A stretch of 63,899 nucleotides of DNA, filler included, from Octopus bimaculoides (lineage: Eukaryota): assembly GCF_001194135.2 (NCBI RefSeq). It is 5 parts of 4 records of this genome, joined end to end, with 100 filler letters (N's around TTAATTAATTAA, not from the genome) between each part and the next. Parts side by side here need not be neighbours in the genome. Positions count along the whole stretch, not along the records: positions 13,431 to 41,794 come from NC_069004.1; 4 more parts are not named here. One strand, 5' to 3'. This document shows, in pieces, positions 24,881 through 39,272 of the stretch. The position numbers and the translations under genes are program-made. The notes below the pieces were generated by a model. The model ran no database searches. It saw only the letters and a program-made list of their open reading frames with translations, and was not told where the DNA came from. The number at the start of each line of letters is the position of its first letter. The stretch's first letter is position 1.

Positions 24881-25472
24881 AAATGTTTAAGAAAGTATCC
24901 AGTACACTTTGTAAAGTGACTGGCATTAGGAGCGGGGGGGGGAGGGGGTACCCAACCTGGTGTAGAAACCATGTCAAAGCAGAGAATGGAGCTCTGCGCA
25001 ATCCTCTGGCTCATTGGTTTCGTTTGAACTGTGCAACTGCCAGCATGGAAAAAAAGACGTTTAATGATTATGATGATGATGATGATGAAAACAGTGGTGT
25101 TCCTGAGTAATATACTTAAGGGGCCTTATTTATTTTCCCATGTGCTAATTTTTCTTACCTTCTTGTGTGCAATTAGTATCTTCTTAGTTATCCTTTTATT
25201 GCTATTTCACCAGAGTGAAGTCTTTTGTTCTATGACCGAAAACATGTCCAGAGTTATCTCCCATAGTTACATTTTTACCTTTTACTTGTTTCAGCAATTC
25301 GACTGCGACCATGCTAGAGCATCGCTTTTATGGGTTCAGTCAAACCAATCAATCCCAGAAATTATTTTAAAGTTTGGTACTACACGATGGTCTCTTTTGC
25401 CAAACTGCTAAGTTATGGGGTCATAAACCAAGACCAGTAGTCAAGTGACGCTGGGGAACAAACACATACATA

Positions 25473-25690
25473 CAAGTGGATGTTGAAAAGTTTCTGGCTT
25501 TGGATAAAAGAAAATACAGGAGGATCAGTTAATCATGATTTTATTCAACATATTTCTCTATCAGATTCACACACTTATTGCAGCAGTCCTTCAGTTTTTC
25601 TAAGCCCTGTAAAAAGAGTCAGAAGGTTGGGTCTCCAACCAGGCCTTTCACAATACCCTTAAAGCCTGGAACTTTTTTAGCACTCTCTCA
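25473..25690. mobile_element. Mariner-derived MITE
   Basis: Degenerate TIRs of about 30 bp (..GAAAAGTTTCTGGCTTT / AAAGCCTGGAACTTTTT..) with TA flanks. Confidence 0.65.
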
Positions 25691-26214
25691 TACTTATGTG
25701 CATACATACATACATACATACATACATACATACATACATACATACATACAAGTGTGTGTGTGTGTGTGTAGACACATGATGGGTTTCCACACAGTTTCCA
25801 TCTACTGAATTCACTCTCAGGACATTGATCAGCCCAGACCTAGAGCAGAAGACATTTGCCTAAGGTGGCATACAGTGGGACTGAACCCGAAAACACTTGG
25901 TTGCAAAGCAAGCTTCTTAACCACATGGCCATGCCTGCACCTACTTGTTGAAATAATATACATTCTGAATTTGTTCAAATGATCTTTTCTTCGTTTCATA
26001 TTTATTTCTAACACTGACTTTGCTATTGTTTCAAATTTGTATTTCAATGTTATTCTCTACCCAACAGCTTGCTTATATTGAGGGCTGGCGCTTGATAAAC
26101 CTAGCAAATGAAACATTTGGCTTCAATGGATGGTCACACTCAGTTACACAGCAAACAGTTGGTAAGTCATACCTTTAATTTCTCCTTTTTGACTTGGAGG
26201 AAGGGGCTGCACCC

Positions 26215-26420
26215 ATGGCACATTATGACCTCTCCAAGACTGGTAGAGCTGATGCATGAACAGTTGCATGTTGACGCCTGCAGGAAAAACATGGGCGACA
26301 GTGGAATTCCAAAGGTGTGACATTGTAAAGATTAGAGGACTGGTTGTAAGGATTAGAGCAGAGATTGTGATGGTGGACACAGTACATCTTCCTGTTGCCA
26401 ACCCTCGCCTGTATCCAAGC
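26215..26420 (-). mobile_element. CR1/L2-group LINE, 3' fragment
   Basis: SHLWNSTVAHVFP...NMQLF resembles the LWNSLP..VF...L..FK terminus. Confidence 0.55.
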
Positions 26421-26584
26421 AAAGTAATATTTCCCTAAAGCTGGACATGTTTTCATGGAAGATTGGAAACAGACACTGTATGTCAGTAAATCTCATAATC
26501 AACTACCATGCTATGTCGATACAAGGAGACACAAACACAGCCTCTCCTCTCTTTGTCTCATGCACACACACACACACATTTTTA

Positions 26585-27595
26585 TTTGTTTCAGTCATTT
26601 GTCTGTGGCCATGCTAGAGCACCACCTAAGCCTAATATTTTTTCTATTGGTCTCTTTTGCCAAACTGCAAAGCTAGAGGGATATAAATACACCAGCATTG
26701 GTTGTCAAGTGATGGCAGGGGGCAGACACACACACACACACACACTGGGCTTCTTTCAGTTTCCATCTACCAAATCCACTCACAAGGCTTTGGTCAGCCC
26801 AAGGCTATAGTAGAAAACACTTGTCCAAAGTGCCACGCGATGGTAATGAACCCAGAACCATGTGGTTGGGAAGCAAGCTTCTTACCACACAGCCATGACT
26901 GCACCTATTACATCCATACAATGGAATTCTTTCAGTTTCCATCTACCAAATTCACTTACAAGGTTTTGATTGGCCCAGTGATATGGTAGAAGACCCTCAC
27001 TGAAGGTGCTATGAAGTAGGGCTGAATCCTGGGACCACATAATTGGGAAGCAGACCTGTTAATTGCATGGTCATGTCTGCACCTGACCACCTCCCTTAAA
27101 AAAAAATAGGAAGGACATACTGGATAATGTAATCCTAGACACGTATTTACCAGTAAATGGTCTTTGTCATAATTGAAGTGCCTTTGGTTACAAGTTTGCT
27201 GGACAAGGGAATAATGAATAATAATAATCTTTTATCTTTATTTTTTTACTTATTTCAGTCTTTGGACTGCAGTCATGCAGGGGCACTACCTTGAAGAGTT
27301 TAGTTCAACAAACCAGCCCCAGTACTTTCTTTTAAGTCTGGTACTTATTTTATCGCCACCCTTTTGCTGAACCACTAAGTTACGGAGATGTAAACAAACC
27401 AACACCAGTTGTCAAGCATTGATAGGGAACAAATGAAACGTGTATGTGATGGACTTCCACACAGTTTCCACCTACCAAATTCACTCTGGTTAACCCAGGG
27501 CTTTATTGTAGAAGGCACTTATCCAAGGTGCTACACAATGGAACTGAACCTGAAACCACAGGGTTCAAAAGTGAGCTTTTTAACCACACAGAGTC
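26585..27595 (-). mobile_element. Cluster of SINE family B copies (26585-26905, 26925-27085, 27240-27595)
   Basis: Reverse-complement matches (CTTTCAGTTTCC.TCTACCAAAT..ACTCACAAGG). Confidence 0.8.
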
Positions 27596-27910
27596 AATCT
27601 AACACCTGGTTTAACACAACTACCAGGCTTGTAGCTACTTTTAGTAGAGTCCACTCTATTTGCAAACATTCAGCCTATGTCTCTGGTCTGAGGCTAACCT
27701 CCTCCCTTCAGCCTGTCAGTCTGAGAGGCCTTGTAAAGAGTCATGGGTCCTTTTATCATAATATTATTCAATATATGCTGACCTAGAGCTAAACAACAAC
27801 CAGCATCAAGGGTACATTAGACAATGTAGTTCTAGATACACTATGTCTAAAGAAAAAGAGACAGGCTGGTTACAACTGGAATGTCTTAGCCTTAGCTGAT
27901 TTAGGGTCAA

Positions 27911-28127
27911 CCCTTTAGCTTTTAAACCAGCCACATCTGTCCTAAATATTCTACCTGTTTTATATTTAAACCAGCCAGATCCAGCCTCTCTCACCCACTC
28001 AGCAATGTCATTCTAGAAATAAACAATCACATCAAAATCTCAAAGCTATGAAATAATGTATGATTAATTGAAAACAATGTGAATACATAAGCCTTACGTT
28101 CGACAGAGTAATCTGAATGCTAAACGG
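27911..28127. mobile_element. piggyBac-like MITE
   Basis: TCAA|CCCTTTAGC ... GCTAAACGG|TTAA: CCC-type termini and a TTAA-like target. Confidence 0.55.
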
Positions 28128-28417
28128 TTAAGCAGCAACACATTAGATTATGTGGTTCTAGATACACTGTGTCTGGGGGAGAAAAAAGATAGGGTGGTCG
28201 TAGCTGGAATGTCTTGACCAGAATTGACTTTGGCTTAAACAACATGTTGTTTAATGCAGTTCAAGATATACTGTCTTACAAAATGACTGTTCATAAACAC
28301 AGAAACACATGCATTAAACATGCACACATAAATACATAAACACATGCAAGTACATACACACATATGTAAACATATATGCATTACTATAAATATTAGTATA
28401 TATATANNNNNNNNNNC

Positions 28418-28700
28418 CTCGGGCCGACAAAAGCCTTGTGAGTGGATTTGGTAGACGGAAACTGAAAGCAGCCCGTTGTATATATATATATTTATATGTA
28501 TGTATGTGCGTTTGTGTGTCTGTGTTTGTCCCCCCACCATCGCTTGACAACCGATGCTGGTGTGTTTACGTCCCCGTAACCTAGCGGTTCGCCAAAAAGA
28601 GACCGATAGAATAAGAACTAGGCTCGCAAAGAATAAGTCCTGGGGTCGATTAAAGGCAGAGCTCCAGCATGGCCACAGTCAAATGACTGAAACAAGTATT
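28418..28700 (+). mobile_element. SINE family B (5' part in gap)
   Basis: Collinear with 18790-19085. Confidence 0.85.
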
Positions 28701-29243
28701 AGTATATATATATATATAAACATCCATTCATATTAATGGTCATAGCTGGAATGTTGTGATTAGAGATGAGTTGGGGTTAAACAACATCACACCAGTCAGC
28801 ATAGTTCAAGATACATTGTCTCAAGAAAAACAAAGATGTGAAGGTCAGAGCTAAAACTGGATCTGCTGAAGCAGGACTGATCTGAGACTGCAACAACTAC
28901 TTGACCTTTCTTGCTAGCAACAACATTCACTCGACAAACAAATTGCTGGATTTTGGATTATTGATGAAACTCTTGCCAGTTCATGTAAGATTGGAAACTG
29001 CAAATATAAAATGGTCTTTTGCAGCTCTATTCCCTGATTCCACCTCAAGCAAGAAAGAAGATTGTCTACTTTATAGAGGAAACTTAATATTTTAACACCA
29101 ATCATTGCAGAATACATGGATTAAAGATAGATTGTTAGAAAGACATACTTGATACCATAAACATTAAGATTATCACCAAAGTACATTATATGCACAATTA
29201 CATAATTACATACATACTTAGTACACCTGTGACATGTGTGTAT

Positions 29244-29297
<54 letters not shown>

Positions 29298-29299
29298 TG

Positions 29300-29662
29300 G
29301 TACGGGCATAGCTGTGTGGTAAGAAGTTTGCTCCCCAGACACATAGTTCCAGATTTAGTCCCACTGTGTGGTACCTTGGGCAAGTGTCTTCCACCATAAC
29401 TTCAGGATCTGGTGGACGGAAACTGAAAGAAGCTCATTGTATGTATGTGTGTACCTTTTTGTTTATGTTTGTCCTCTCACCCACCACTTGACAACTGGTG
29501 TTGGCATGTTTACATTCACATAACTTAGTGGTTTGCCAAAAGAGACAGATAAAGTATCAGGCTTTGAAAAAAAAAAAGTACTGGAGTCAATTCATTTGAC
29601 TAAAAATTTCTCATGGTTGTACTCCAGCATGGACTCAGTCTAATGATCGTAAAAGTAAAAGA
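29300..29662 (+). mobile_element. SINE family B, diverged
   Basis: Collinear with 18685-19090. Confidence 0.8.
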
Positions 29663-29782
29663 TGTGTGTGTATATATATATTCAAAGCAATGATTAGTAA
29701 CTTTACAAAACTGGTATGCTTTTGAATCTCTTTAACAATTCACAATAATGACTTTTATTACTTTTATTCCTACCTCAGTTCA

Positions 29783-29830
<48 letters not shown>

Positions 29831-29840
29831 GACATACATA

Positions 29841-30942
29841 CAGGATATCCCCATCCAAAAATGTATACGCCCTTTTTTTTTAGATGTAATACATTAGAAA
29901 TTATGAAGGGAGCCAGGCTAAGCTTTTAATGAAGATAATTTATCCTAAAGTGGTAATGGAACTTGAAAACATAGTCAAAGTTCCAAACAAATTCACCTCT
30001 GCAACTTACCATCACTTCAATTAGAGATAAGTTTGAAAGAAACATTTTGAAAGACCACAGACATTGACTAGCCCCTCAAAGTGAAAAAGGGTATTAGAAA
30101 TGTATTACCAATGTTCAAGAAAATCTGTGCAGCAAACAAGTCATGAGATAAGAATTTCAAAATCAAGTGTCCTGCATTTTGAAGTACTGTCATTAGAAAA
30201 GTTACATTCCAAGAATAGTCCATGCTTTTAATAAAGATGATCCAAACTGAAGAGTGGAGTTTTGTGAGAGGTATTTGAGACAATGAGTAGAAGATGCAAA
30301 CTTTCAATAAAGATTGTTTGAAGTGGTGAGGCTACATTTAAATTAAGTGGCTCAATTAACTGCCACAATTGCACTTGCTGCTGGGGGACCTGAAAATTCA
30401 CATCGTGTTACCTAACCAGCAGTTATCATCAAAAGGATTGACTGAAACTTCCTTTTTTGACAGTATTGTGACTGGTCCCATTTACTTCAACTTGTGACAT
30501 CTTGTCATGCCAAGCATGTAAAAGGAATTTGAAGATATATATTTTTCATTTCCAGCAAGATGAGGCACTGCCACGTTACCATAGTAATGTAAGGTTTCTA
30601 TTTGGAAAAGCTTTTGTAAAAGAGGTGGATTGGATAAGGAGATTCAGAAGGATGCCCTCCATGTTCACCAGACTTCACAGCAACACTCCATGAATTAGGG
30701 GCAGCCATTGGATAAGAATGTTCACAAATATTAAATGAAATATTTCTTGATGTTTGCAATTCTATTGCTTTGTGTTATCAGCAGTGCCTGGACCAAAAAT
30801 GTCATCATTTTGAAAACAGGCATTCATAAAAAAAATTAAATTCTGTTTAGATTTTATTAAATTTTGAAAATAGAATGCATTTTAATAAATGTTGACTTTA
30901 TAATAATTCAATGTATGTATACTTTGTTTTGGGAACACCCTG
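29841..30942 (+). mobile_element. Old Tc1/mariner-superfamily transposon
   Basis: Ends TA|CAGGATATCCCC and GGGAACACCCTG|TA. Frameshifted remnants FQQDEALP and RWIG*GDSEGCPPCSPDF at about 30545-30680. Confidence 0.7.
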
Positions 30943-31173
30943 TATGTATGTGTGTGTGTGTGTGTATGTGTGTGCATGTGCGTGTGTGCGTACGTATGTG
31001 CGTGCATACAGTAACTCACATATTAATAAACAAATTGGAACTGTTTTGATTCAAACAGGAAAGTCTTGTCACATTGTTAGTAACCAGATGGAAATTCTAT
31101 AAAGAACATAAATCTCAAAAAGAAATGAAATTTAAACACATGCTCACTCACTCACTCGCTCGCTCACTCACAT

Positions 31174-31216
<43 letters not shown>

Positions 31217-31357
31217 AACATTCAGAGAAAATCACATAACTGTATATAAACACATACAAATACATGCATAAACATACAAGCACATGCATGTACATAAATA
31301 TATAGACACATGCAAGTACATAGATATGTATACATACAAGCATTACCATAAATATTA

Positions 31358-31397
<40 letters not shown>

Positions 31398-32289
31398 GTC
31401 CATTCATTCTAATGCATGCATGAACACAAAGACACACATAAAGACACTCAAATACATATGTGCATACATATTTATACTTACACATGTAACACATGCATAC
31501 ATACATGCACACACTCACACACATCAATACATAACACAAACACATACATACATTTGGAGTTGAAGTTGTTTGCATTACTTAAAAACATATTTTTATCACT
31601 CTAAATAAACATATATATTTACATAGATACCTCAAGATAAATCATATACACACTGGATACTTGTTGTTGTTAAGTATTATATTCAATTTGCCATTCATAT
31701 AGACCCATGGATGATTGTATCTCCAATATAGAGAATGTGTGTGTACACATCCACCCTTATATACATAAACTTGCTCACACACACATGCAGCACACACAAA
31801 CAAACATACATACACGTCTATACAGTTTCTCATTTATATATCAATGGTTTTATCTACAGTATGCATATATATACATGTACAGACGCACACTTGCATGTGA
31901 ACAGATATACCCACACACATCATGTGCACATACCGTAGATACAACCATTGATATATAAATGAGAAACTGTATAGTTAAAATCAACACATGTATGTATATG
32001 CTTGTGTGTGCTTGTATATGTATCTGCATATGTGTACGTGTTTTTATGCATACATGTACACACACACACACACACACATACACATGACACACAAATTCAT
32101 ATTTTTTGTTTGTTTTTTTTTTGTGTTGTTTTGTATATGTTGGTGTGTCCTTACATGTATTATATGCACATATGTATTATGTACACTCCTGTGCTTGTTT
32201 ACATCTTTTGACTGTGAAGCCATTAATTCTACAGGCTTTCTTTATTTAAACAAGTAGTGACATGATGCAAGTGACACTTCTATTACCTG

Positions 32290-33060
32290 CACCACCACCA
32301 CCAACACTACCACAACTAAATGCACTATCACCAAAACCACCTGCATTACCACTACCAACCACTGCAACCCCTGCCACAGCAAACACCACCACTACCACAA
32401 CCATTACTGCCACAACCACAACCACCACCAATATTACTACTACCATCTACACCACCACCACCACCACCACCACCACTACCAACAACAACATCAGAACCAC
32501 TACCACTAGCAGCTATACCATTGCCACAAACATACCACCACTAATATTACTACCAACACCAAAATCAATGTCACCCCCTTTCCACAAGCAGCAGCACCAC
32601 CATCGCCTTTACTACTACCACCAGCACCACAAATAGAACCACCACTACCATCACCAGTACCTCCAAATCATAATTACCACCTCCTCCTCCAATGCTAATA
32701 CTAGTAGTTCCACTACCAACAATGCTCTTACTACAACCATTACTACCACTAGCACTTTTCTACCAACACTAATACCACCCCTTCTACTAGCAACACTACC
32801 GTTCTACTACAACCACCACTACTATATCCATAGCCATCATCACCACCAGTACCACTACTACAACTACCACCACAACCAATGCTGCTAAAAACACTACTAA
32901 TATTACCAATACCCCCAACATCACTACAACCACCACTGTAGCCAATACCCCCAACATCACTACAAGCAGCCCCCAACAACACTACTCGCCCCAATACCAC
33001 CACCAATCCCAGCACCACTACCAACCCGAACATCATCACAAGACCCCACCCCATCACCAC
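32290..33060. repeat. Degenerate (ACC/ACT/CAA) low-complexity tract
   Basis: Seen directly; includes a repeated CCAATACCCCCAACATCACTACAA unit at about 32905-32965. Confidence 0.9.
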
Positions 33061-33352
33061 ATCTCAGTAAACAAGAAGTAATCTATGTGAAAGAATGAAT
33101 AATTCCTCATTGATCAAAGGCTACACCAAGACAGCAGTTGCAATGGACACATGCAGCACATGTGCTCACAACTTGGTGTCAGAATAAATGTACCTCATTA
33201 TTTATAATTAAGTCAACATCTTATCAGTAATTCTACTTCCCTAATTTGGAATTGGTGAAGTTCTCTGATAATGCTGTCATAACTACAGCTTGATTCATCT
33301 TGAAACAACCATTAGTTCTCTTATTTCGCTTTTAACATTTGTGAGTTGTTTA

Positions 33353-33545
33353 AGGCAGCCAAGTTGGCAGAACTGTTACCATACTGGACAAAATGCTGAG
33401 CTATATTGCTTTCAACTCTTTATATTCTTAGTTCAAATGCTACTGAGGTTGACTTTTCCTTAAGCACTGCAATTGATGTAATCAACTTCCTCCCTCCTCT
33501 TTAAAAAATTGCTGGCCTTGTACCAGAATTAGAAAGAATTATTTG
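33353..33545 (+). mobile_element. SINE family A, diverged
   Basis: GGCAGAA.TGTTA head, TTCAAAT B-box, GCTGGCCTTG tail. Confidence 0.7.
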
Positions 33546-34690
33546 TGAGTTGTTAGAGTCTTGGATAGAATGTTGCCTCACATTTGTTCTCACTCTGTAA
33601 CCAGAGTTCAAATTCTTGCTGAGGTCAACTTTATCTGTCATCATTTTGAGGTTGATAAAAAAGAACCATTCCAAGATAGTGGATTCCTTAGCAAAATCCA
33701 GTCCTTGTTGTGCTATGTTAGTTTACATGCCTCAGTGACCCTTAGAGCTATGCCAGCCTGCCATGCTGGACAGGTCAAAGGTTAGAGGCTAAACTAATAC
33801 GGACCATCTCTTCCCAGAATTAAAAATGGATGTGCATGGGGCAAACACCCCTACCAAGCAAAAAAAAAAAAAAAAATTAAAAAGTGAAGTCACAGAAGTA
33901 TCAATGAAAATTCAAAAGCAGCAAGAGCCAGGAAAGGAAGGCCTTCGCTCAAGTACTGCAAAATCTGAATGAAGGCTGCAAAAGTGACTTCCCTTAGGTA
34001 GGAGACTGGGGCAGAACTGGAAAAGAAGGGATTCAACAGGAGAGGAGCAGAAAAGACAGCAGGGGAGAAAAGTCATCAATGGACTCTGCTCCACATGGAA
34101 TGAAGGGCTCATGTAGTGAGTTGGTGAATCAGCAGAACTGTTCCAGCTCCTTGGGTTTGGATAGCAGCACTTGTGATAATATAGTGCTAAGCAGTTTTGC
34201 TTCCCAGAGTAGCAGCTGTTTCATTGGGCAATTTTGATTGTATGGAGAAGGGAAACTTGCATGTACAGGCAACTGTCAGCCTTCTGCAATATACCTTGCC
34301 AATACCTGTACAAGCATGTATAGGTACATGGCCAACACAGACTGATGGAGGCCCTAGAATTTGCGAGTAGAAAATATGTTGCATTGTTTATGCCAAAGTC
34401 ACACCAGTGCATGCACGCGTGCACACACACACACACACACACCATCACCATCATTTTCACATCCACTTTTCCATGCTTTCATGATTCACATGAAGTTTAT
34501 TGAAGCAGTTTTTTATAGCCAATTGCCCTTCCTGTCACCAATCCTCACCTGTTTCCAAGTAAGGTAATATTTCTCCATGGCCAGATATGTTTTTGTAGAA
34601 TATTCGAAATGAATGACTCTACCTGTATAACTGTAATGCTCAGTTACAATTACCATGCAATGTCAAGACAAGAAGACACAAGCACGCACA

Positions 34691-34728
<38 letters not shown>

Positions 34729-34732
34729 TATA

Positions 34733-35925
34733 CGAGGGGGTACCCAAAAGTAACCTGAAATGTTCTCTGTGAGACAAACCCATTGTAGTTCAGGCTTCTG
34801 CTGCTAGAAGCCACTTGATATGACCCTCAGGCATCAATCTGCCAACCAGTGGCAGCGGATGGAATCATACTGCTACATAGTGCATCTTTATTTTGCAGTG
34901 CTGCTCCCCTGTTCATTGATTTTTGCAGTGGCTGAAACAAAGGACAGCTTACAAGAACACTGTCCTGAGCAAAATACAAGTTTATGAGTGTTTTTCACAC
35001 TTTAGGAATGGTTGCTTGTCACTTGAAGACCAACCTCATTCAGAGCGACTGTTGACCTCCCAAACAAATGAAAACATCATGAAAGTTCATGAATTGACCT
35101 TGGAAGACCATCATTGAACAATTGATGACATTGTGGATATGACTGGTGTGTCCCAGAGCTCCTGCCAATGAATTTTGAGCGAGGAATTGTGAATGAAAGG
35201 ATTTGCAGCAAAATTTATGCCTTGCTTGCTCACTGAAGAAGAAAAGCACTCACTACTGAAAGAACGGTTGGAAGTTGATCTGGACCTTTTTCCGAAGGTC
35301 ATCACTGGTGATGAAATCTGGTGCTACAGCTACGACCTGGAAACGAAGCAGCAACCAATTCAATGGAAGCATTCAATATTACCATACCTCAAAGAAGCAC
35401 ATCAAGTGAAGTTCAATGTCAAGATGATACTAATTTGATTCAGTGGTGTGAAAGGAATTGTCCACACAGAATTTGTTCCTCCTGGTCAAACATTAACCAG
35501 ACATTTTACTTGGCAGTTCTGAAGCATTTGCAAGACGCAGTGAGACAAAAAAGCCCCTACCTGTGGAAAATTGGAGAGAGGTGGTTTTATCATGACAATG
35601 TGCCTGTGCAAACCTCTTTGAATGTGAGACAGTTTTTGACCGAAAATGGTATGATCCCACTTATTCACCCATGACTTTTTTTTGTTCCCCCAAATGAAAG
35701 AAATCCTTAAAGGAAAATGTTTTCTAGATGTGGAAGAGGTGAAGAAAAAACGATGGAGGTGTTGAAAGGCATCACTTTGCAAGAGTTTGAACAGTGGAAG
35801 ACATGTCTGGACTGATGCTTTGCTTCAAATTGAGAATAATTTGAAGGCAATAAAATTGTAAACATGTAAAACTAAGTGAATAAAATAATACTGCAAAATT
35901 CCAGTTTCTTTTGGGTACCCCCTTG
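34733..35925 (+). mobile_element. Mariner transposon (irritans-like), degenerate
   Basis: TIRs CGAGGGGGTACCCAAAAG at both ends with TA flanks. Transposase remnants AAKFMP, ITGDEIW, HDN, with stops and frameshifts; the SPDLAP region is deleted. Confidence 0.9.
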
Positions 35926-36554
35926 TATATACATAAAAGCACCCAATACACTTTGTCAAGTGGTTAGCAATAGGAAGGACATCCAGCCATAAAAACCAAG
36001 CCAAAACAGACTATGGAACATGGTGCAGTCTCAGGCCTTACCAGTCCCTGTCAAGCTGTCCAGCCCATGCTAGCATGGAAAATGGACAATAAATGGTGAT
36101 GATGATGATGTGTGCGTGTGTATGTGTATATGCACACATACAAATATATATTTATAAAACAGGCTTTTTTTATTTTCCATCTACCAGATCCATTCACAAG
36201 GCTTTGATCAGTTGGGGCTGCAGTAGAAGATACTTCCGCAAAGTGACATGCAATGAGACTGAACCCAAAACCATGTGATTGGGAAGCAAACTTCTAAACC
36301 ACATACTCATGCCTGCACTTGACAGATTGCTTAATAGAAAGAGATCTGGTAATGGTTGGCTAAAAAGTGAGGGGTTCAACTGAACCCTGATAAAGTGATC
36401 CTTTGATCAGAAGTATTCTAGCCATGACTATGCTACATTTTGTGAATATGTCAGACTCTATAGGCAGCAAATTAACAGTCATAAAAACATTGGACCAAAT
36501 GGTTTGTAGTATTTGTCCTGACTCTTTACATTCTTCATGCACAGGCAGATGGAA

Positions 36555-36720
36555 GTGATCTTGCTGAATCATTAGCATACCAGGTGAAATGCTTAGCAGT
36601 ATTTCCTCCATCTCTACTTTCTGAGTTCAAATTCTGCTGAGGTTGACTCTGCCTTTCATCCTTTCGGGGTCTATAAAATAAGTACCAGTTGAACACTGGG
36701 ATTGATTTAACTACTTCTGG
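36555..36720 (+). mobile_element. SINE family A, diverged
   Basis: GAGTTCAAAT...GCCTTTCATCCTTTCGGGGTC. Confidence 0.75.
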
Positions 36721-37854
36721 GTAGATGTATAAAAGAAGTACCCCTCTGCCAAGCCATGTTGATCCAGTGTGACAGAGTAGGCTCATCAAACCAGTATGAT
36801 GTCAGTGGAGAACATGCTGAAGCCTTCATACTGCATTGGACTGAACATAGGTAATCCAGTCCAATTCAGTACACAGGCAGAGCTGGTGGACTTGCTTGTA
36901 TTTAACTGAATAAGTGAGTCAATGTAAAAGATACACCCAGAGGGAAGCAGAGGGGAAATGACTTTTGTGTTTTCCCATGAAAATTCTCTGACAAGCACAT
37001 AGAGTGCTTCTCAAGGAAGTCACCAATGATTGTCAACTGGCTGGTATAAGGACTATATCAATTAATGTATTCGTCTCTATTTAACGTGTTTGTGGCCATT
37101 TTCTGTTAAAATACACTACTTTTGTTTCAATTAATTGGGAAAATAATGAAGAATTTAGTAAAATGATTTTGTCATAATTACACTGGTGCATGGAACATAA
37201 ATTAACATGAAATTTTGAAAGAACATTGTAATTTAGATAATAGTTCAAGGGACAATCTCAGGCAGGTTGGTATCAAAAAGGCAAAAGAGAGTAGGTGTAA
37301 TTTTGAGGAAGTTTTTTGCTGCTATTTCTATCAGGCCAAGTGACTTAATAGAGGAGCCCTCATTGATTCATGGCTCTGACTGAATGTTTGGAGATTCTGT
37401 GTATCAAAGAATACAGATTGGTGTAGAGGCAACTAATTATGGGGGAGTTCTTCTTCAGAATAGCAAATAGTTCTGACTTGGTGCCAGTGGTGTAGGGGAA
37501 TTGTGTGGGGTAAGATGGGTTCATTGAAATCACTGAAGTGGGTCTTCTACAAGTAATTTAGAGATTTGAATAAAGTAACTGGATACCCATTGCCATTGGC
37601 ATACAATGAATGAATAAATCACCAAATTTCACAACAAAAACAGATAAATTAAGAAGGGAAAACATTGAAAATATAAGTTTAATTCAGTTCCACCCTTTTA
37701 TGATCGTGTTTGTGTGTATATGTGTGCATGGATGTATATATACCTATATGTATATATGTGTGTGGATGTGTATATGAGTGTGTGTGCGTGTGTATAGGTA
37801 TATATGCTTATGTATATATACCTATATGTATGTATGTGTATATATATATATATA

Positions 37855-38724
37855 ACCAGAAATGTTCTCTGTGAGACAAACTCATTATAGTTTGGGCTTC
37901 CACTGCTAGATGCCTCTTGATGTGATCCTCAAGCATCAATCTGCCAATTGGCAGCGTCGAGTGGAGTTGTATTACCACATGGTGAGTCTATATTTTGCAG
38001 TGCTTCTCCCTTCTTCATTGATTTTTGCAGTGCCTGAAATGAAGGAACAGCATGCTTCCATGAAATTCTGTTTTCTGCTGAGGAAAACAACAGCTGAAAC
38101 AGTTGTCATGCTTCAAACAGCTTACAAGGACATTGCCCTGAGCAAAACACATGTTTATGAGTGGTTTCCATATGTCACTTGAAGACCAACCTCATTCAAG
38201 GCGATCATTGACCTCCTGAACAAATGAAAACATTATGAAAGTTCATGAACTGACCTTGGAGGATCATCGTCAAACAATTGACAAATTTGTTGATATGACT
38301 GGTGTGTCCTGGAACTCCTACCAATGAATTTTGAGCAAGGAATTGTAAATGAAAAGAGTTGCAGCAAAATTTGTGGCTTGTTTGCTCACAGAAAATCAAA
38401 AGCAGTCTTGACTGAATGTGTGTTGTGAACTGAAAGAACAATTGGAAGTTGGTCCGGACCTTTTTACGAAGGTCATCACTAGTGACAAAAGCTGGTGCTA
38501 TGGAATTTGCAGATGTGGAAGAAGTGAAGAAAAAAAACAATGGAAGCATTAAAAGGCGTCACTTTGCAAGAGTTCCAGCAGTGCTTACACATATGGAAAA
38601 CACATTTGGATTGATGCATTGCTTCAAATGGAGAATACTTTGAAGGCGATAAAAGTATAAACATGTAAAACTAAGTGAATAAAATGATATTGCAGAATTC
38701 TGGTTTCTTTTGGGTGTCCCCTCA
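37855..38724 (+). mobile_element. Second copy of the same mariner family, internally deleted
   Basis: Collinear with 34750-35925. N-terminus MKEQHASMKFCFLL...VYEWF; right TIR TTTTGGGTGTCCCCTCA followed by TA; deletion near 38497; left TIR missing. Confidence 0.85.
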
Positions 38725-38734
38725 TATATATATA

Positions 38735-39272
38735 CAGGGTGCAGTGAATAAATTGTTGTCTAAATTAGGCAAAAATGAAAATAACACTGACATCTCATTT
38801 TAATAGATATATTTACCAAAATTACATAAAAATGTCTTGAAATACTAAAGAGTAAATTTATTCAATAAAATCACCATTGGCTTCAACCATAGCCTCCTGA
38901 CGGCTTCAAAATCTCTTGCAACTCTTTTAGATGGTCTCCTTGTTTAAGTTAATGAATACTGCCTTCGATTCATCTTTGGTGTCACAAGGAGTTTTGTTGG
39001 TCTCTTGCTTAACTGTGTTTTACGCATAATAATCAAGAGGGTTGCAATCTGGGGAGTTAGGTGGCCAGATGTTAGGGGTGATGTGGTCACAGAAATTGTG
39101 TGACAGCCATGAATGGGTTCTCCTGCTTGTGCGGCATGGTGCAGAGTCCTGTTGCCAGACATAGGGTCTTCCAGCAGTCACCCTCTTGATGCAGGGCAAT
39201 ACTACTTCCTCCAGGCAGTTGATGTAGGCCTTCATATTGAGTCTGAGGACATATGGGAAGATGAATGGAGGC
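38735..39272 (-). mobile_element. maT-type (DD37D) transposon, 3' portion
   Basis: PPFIFP...WQQDSAPC...WPPNSPDCNPLDY with 37 residues between the last two Asp; terminal TA|CAGGGTG; truncated by the Penelope arm at 39271. Confidence 0.85.

Noticed and set aside
32246-33060. Thr/Pro-rich mucin-like ORFs
   Set aside because: Degenerate trinucleotide repeat, open in several frames, with no splice or domain support.
33740-34330. Possible RTE 5' UTR / endonuclease start (TWNEG)
   Set aside because: Resemblance too weak to call without alignment.
36786-37030. Possible LINE endonuclease remnant (IIGDF) on the minus strand
   Set aside because: One short motif with no collinear support.
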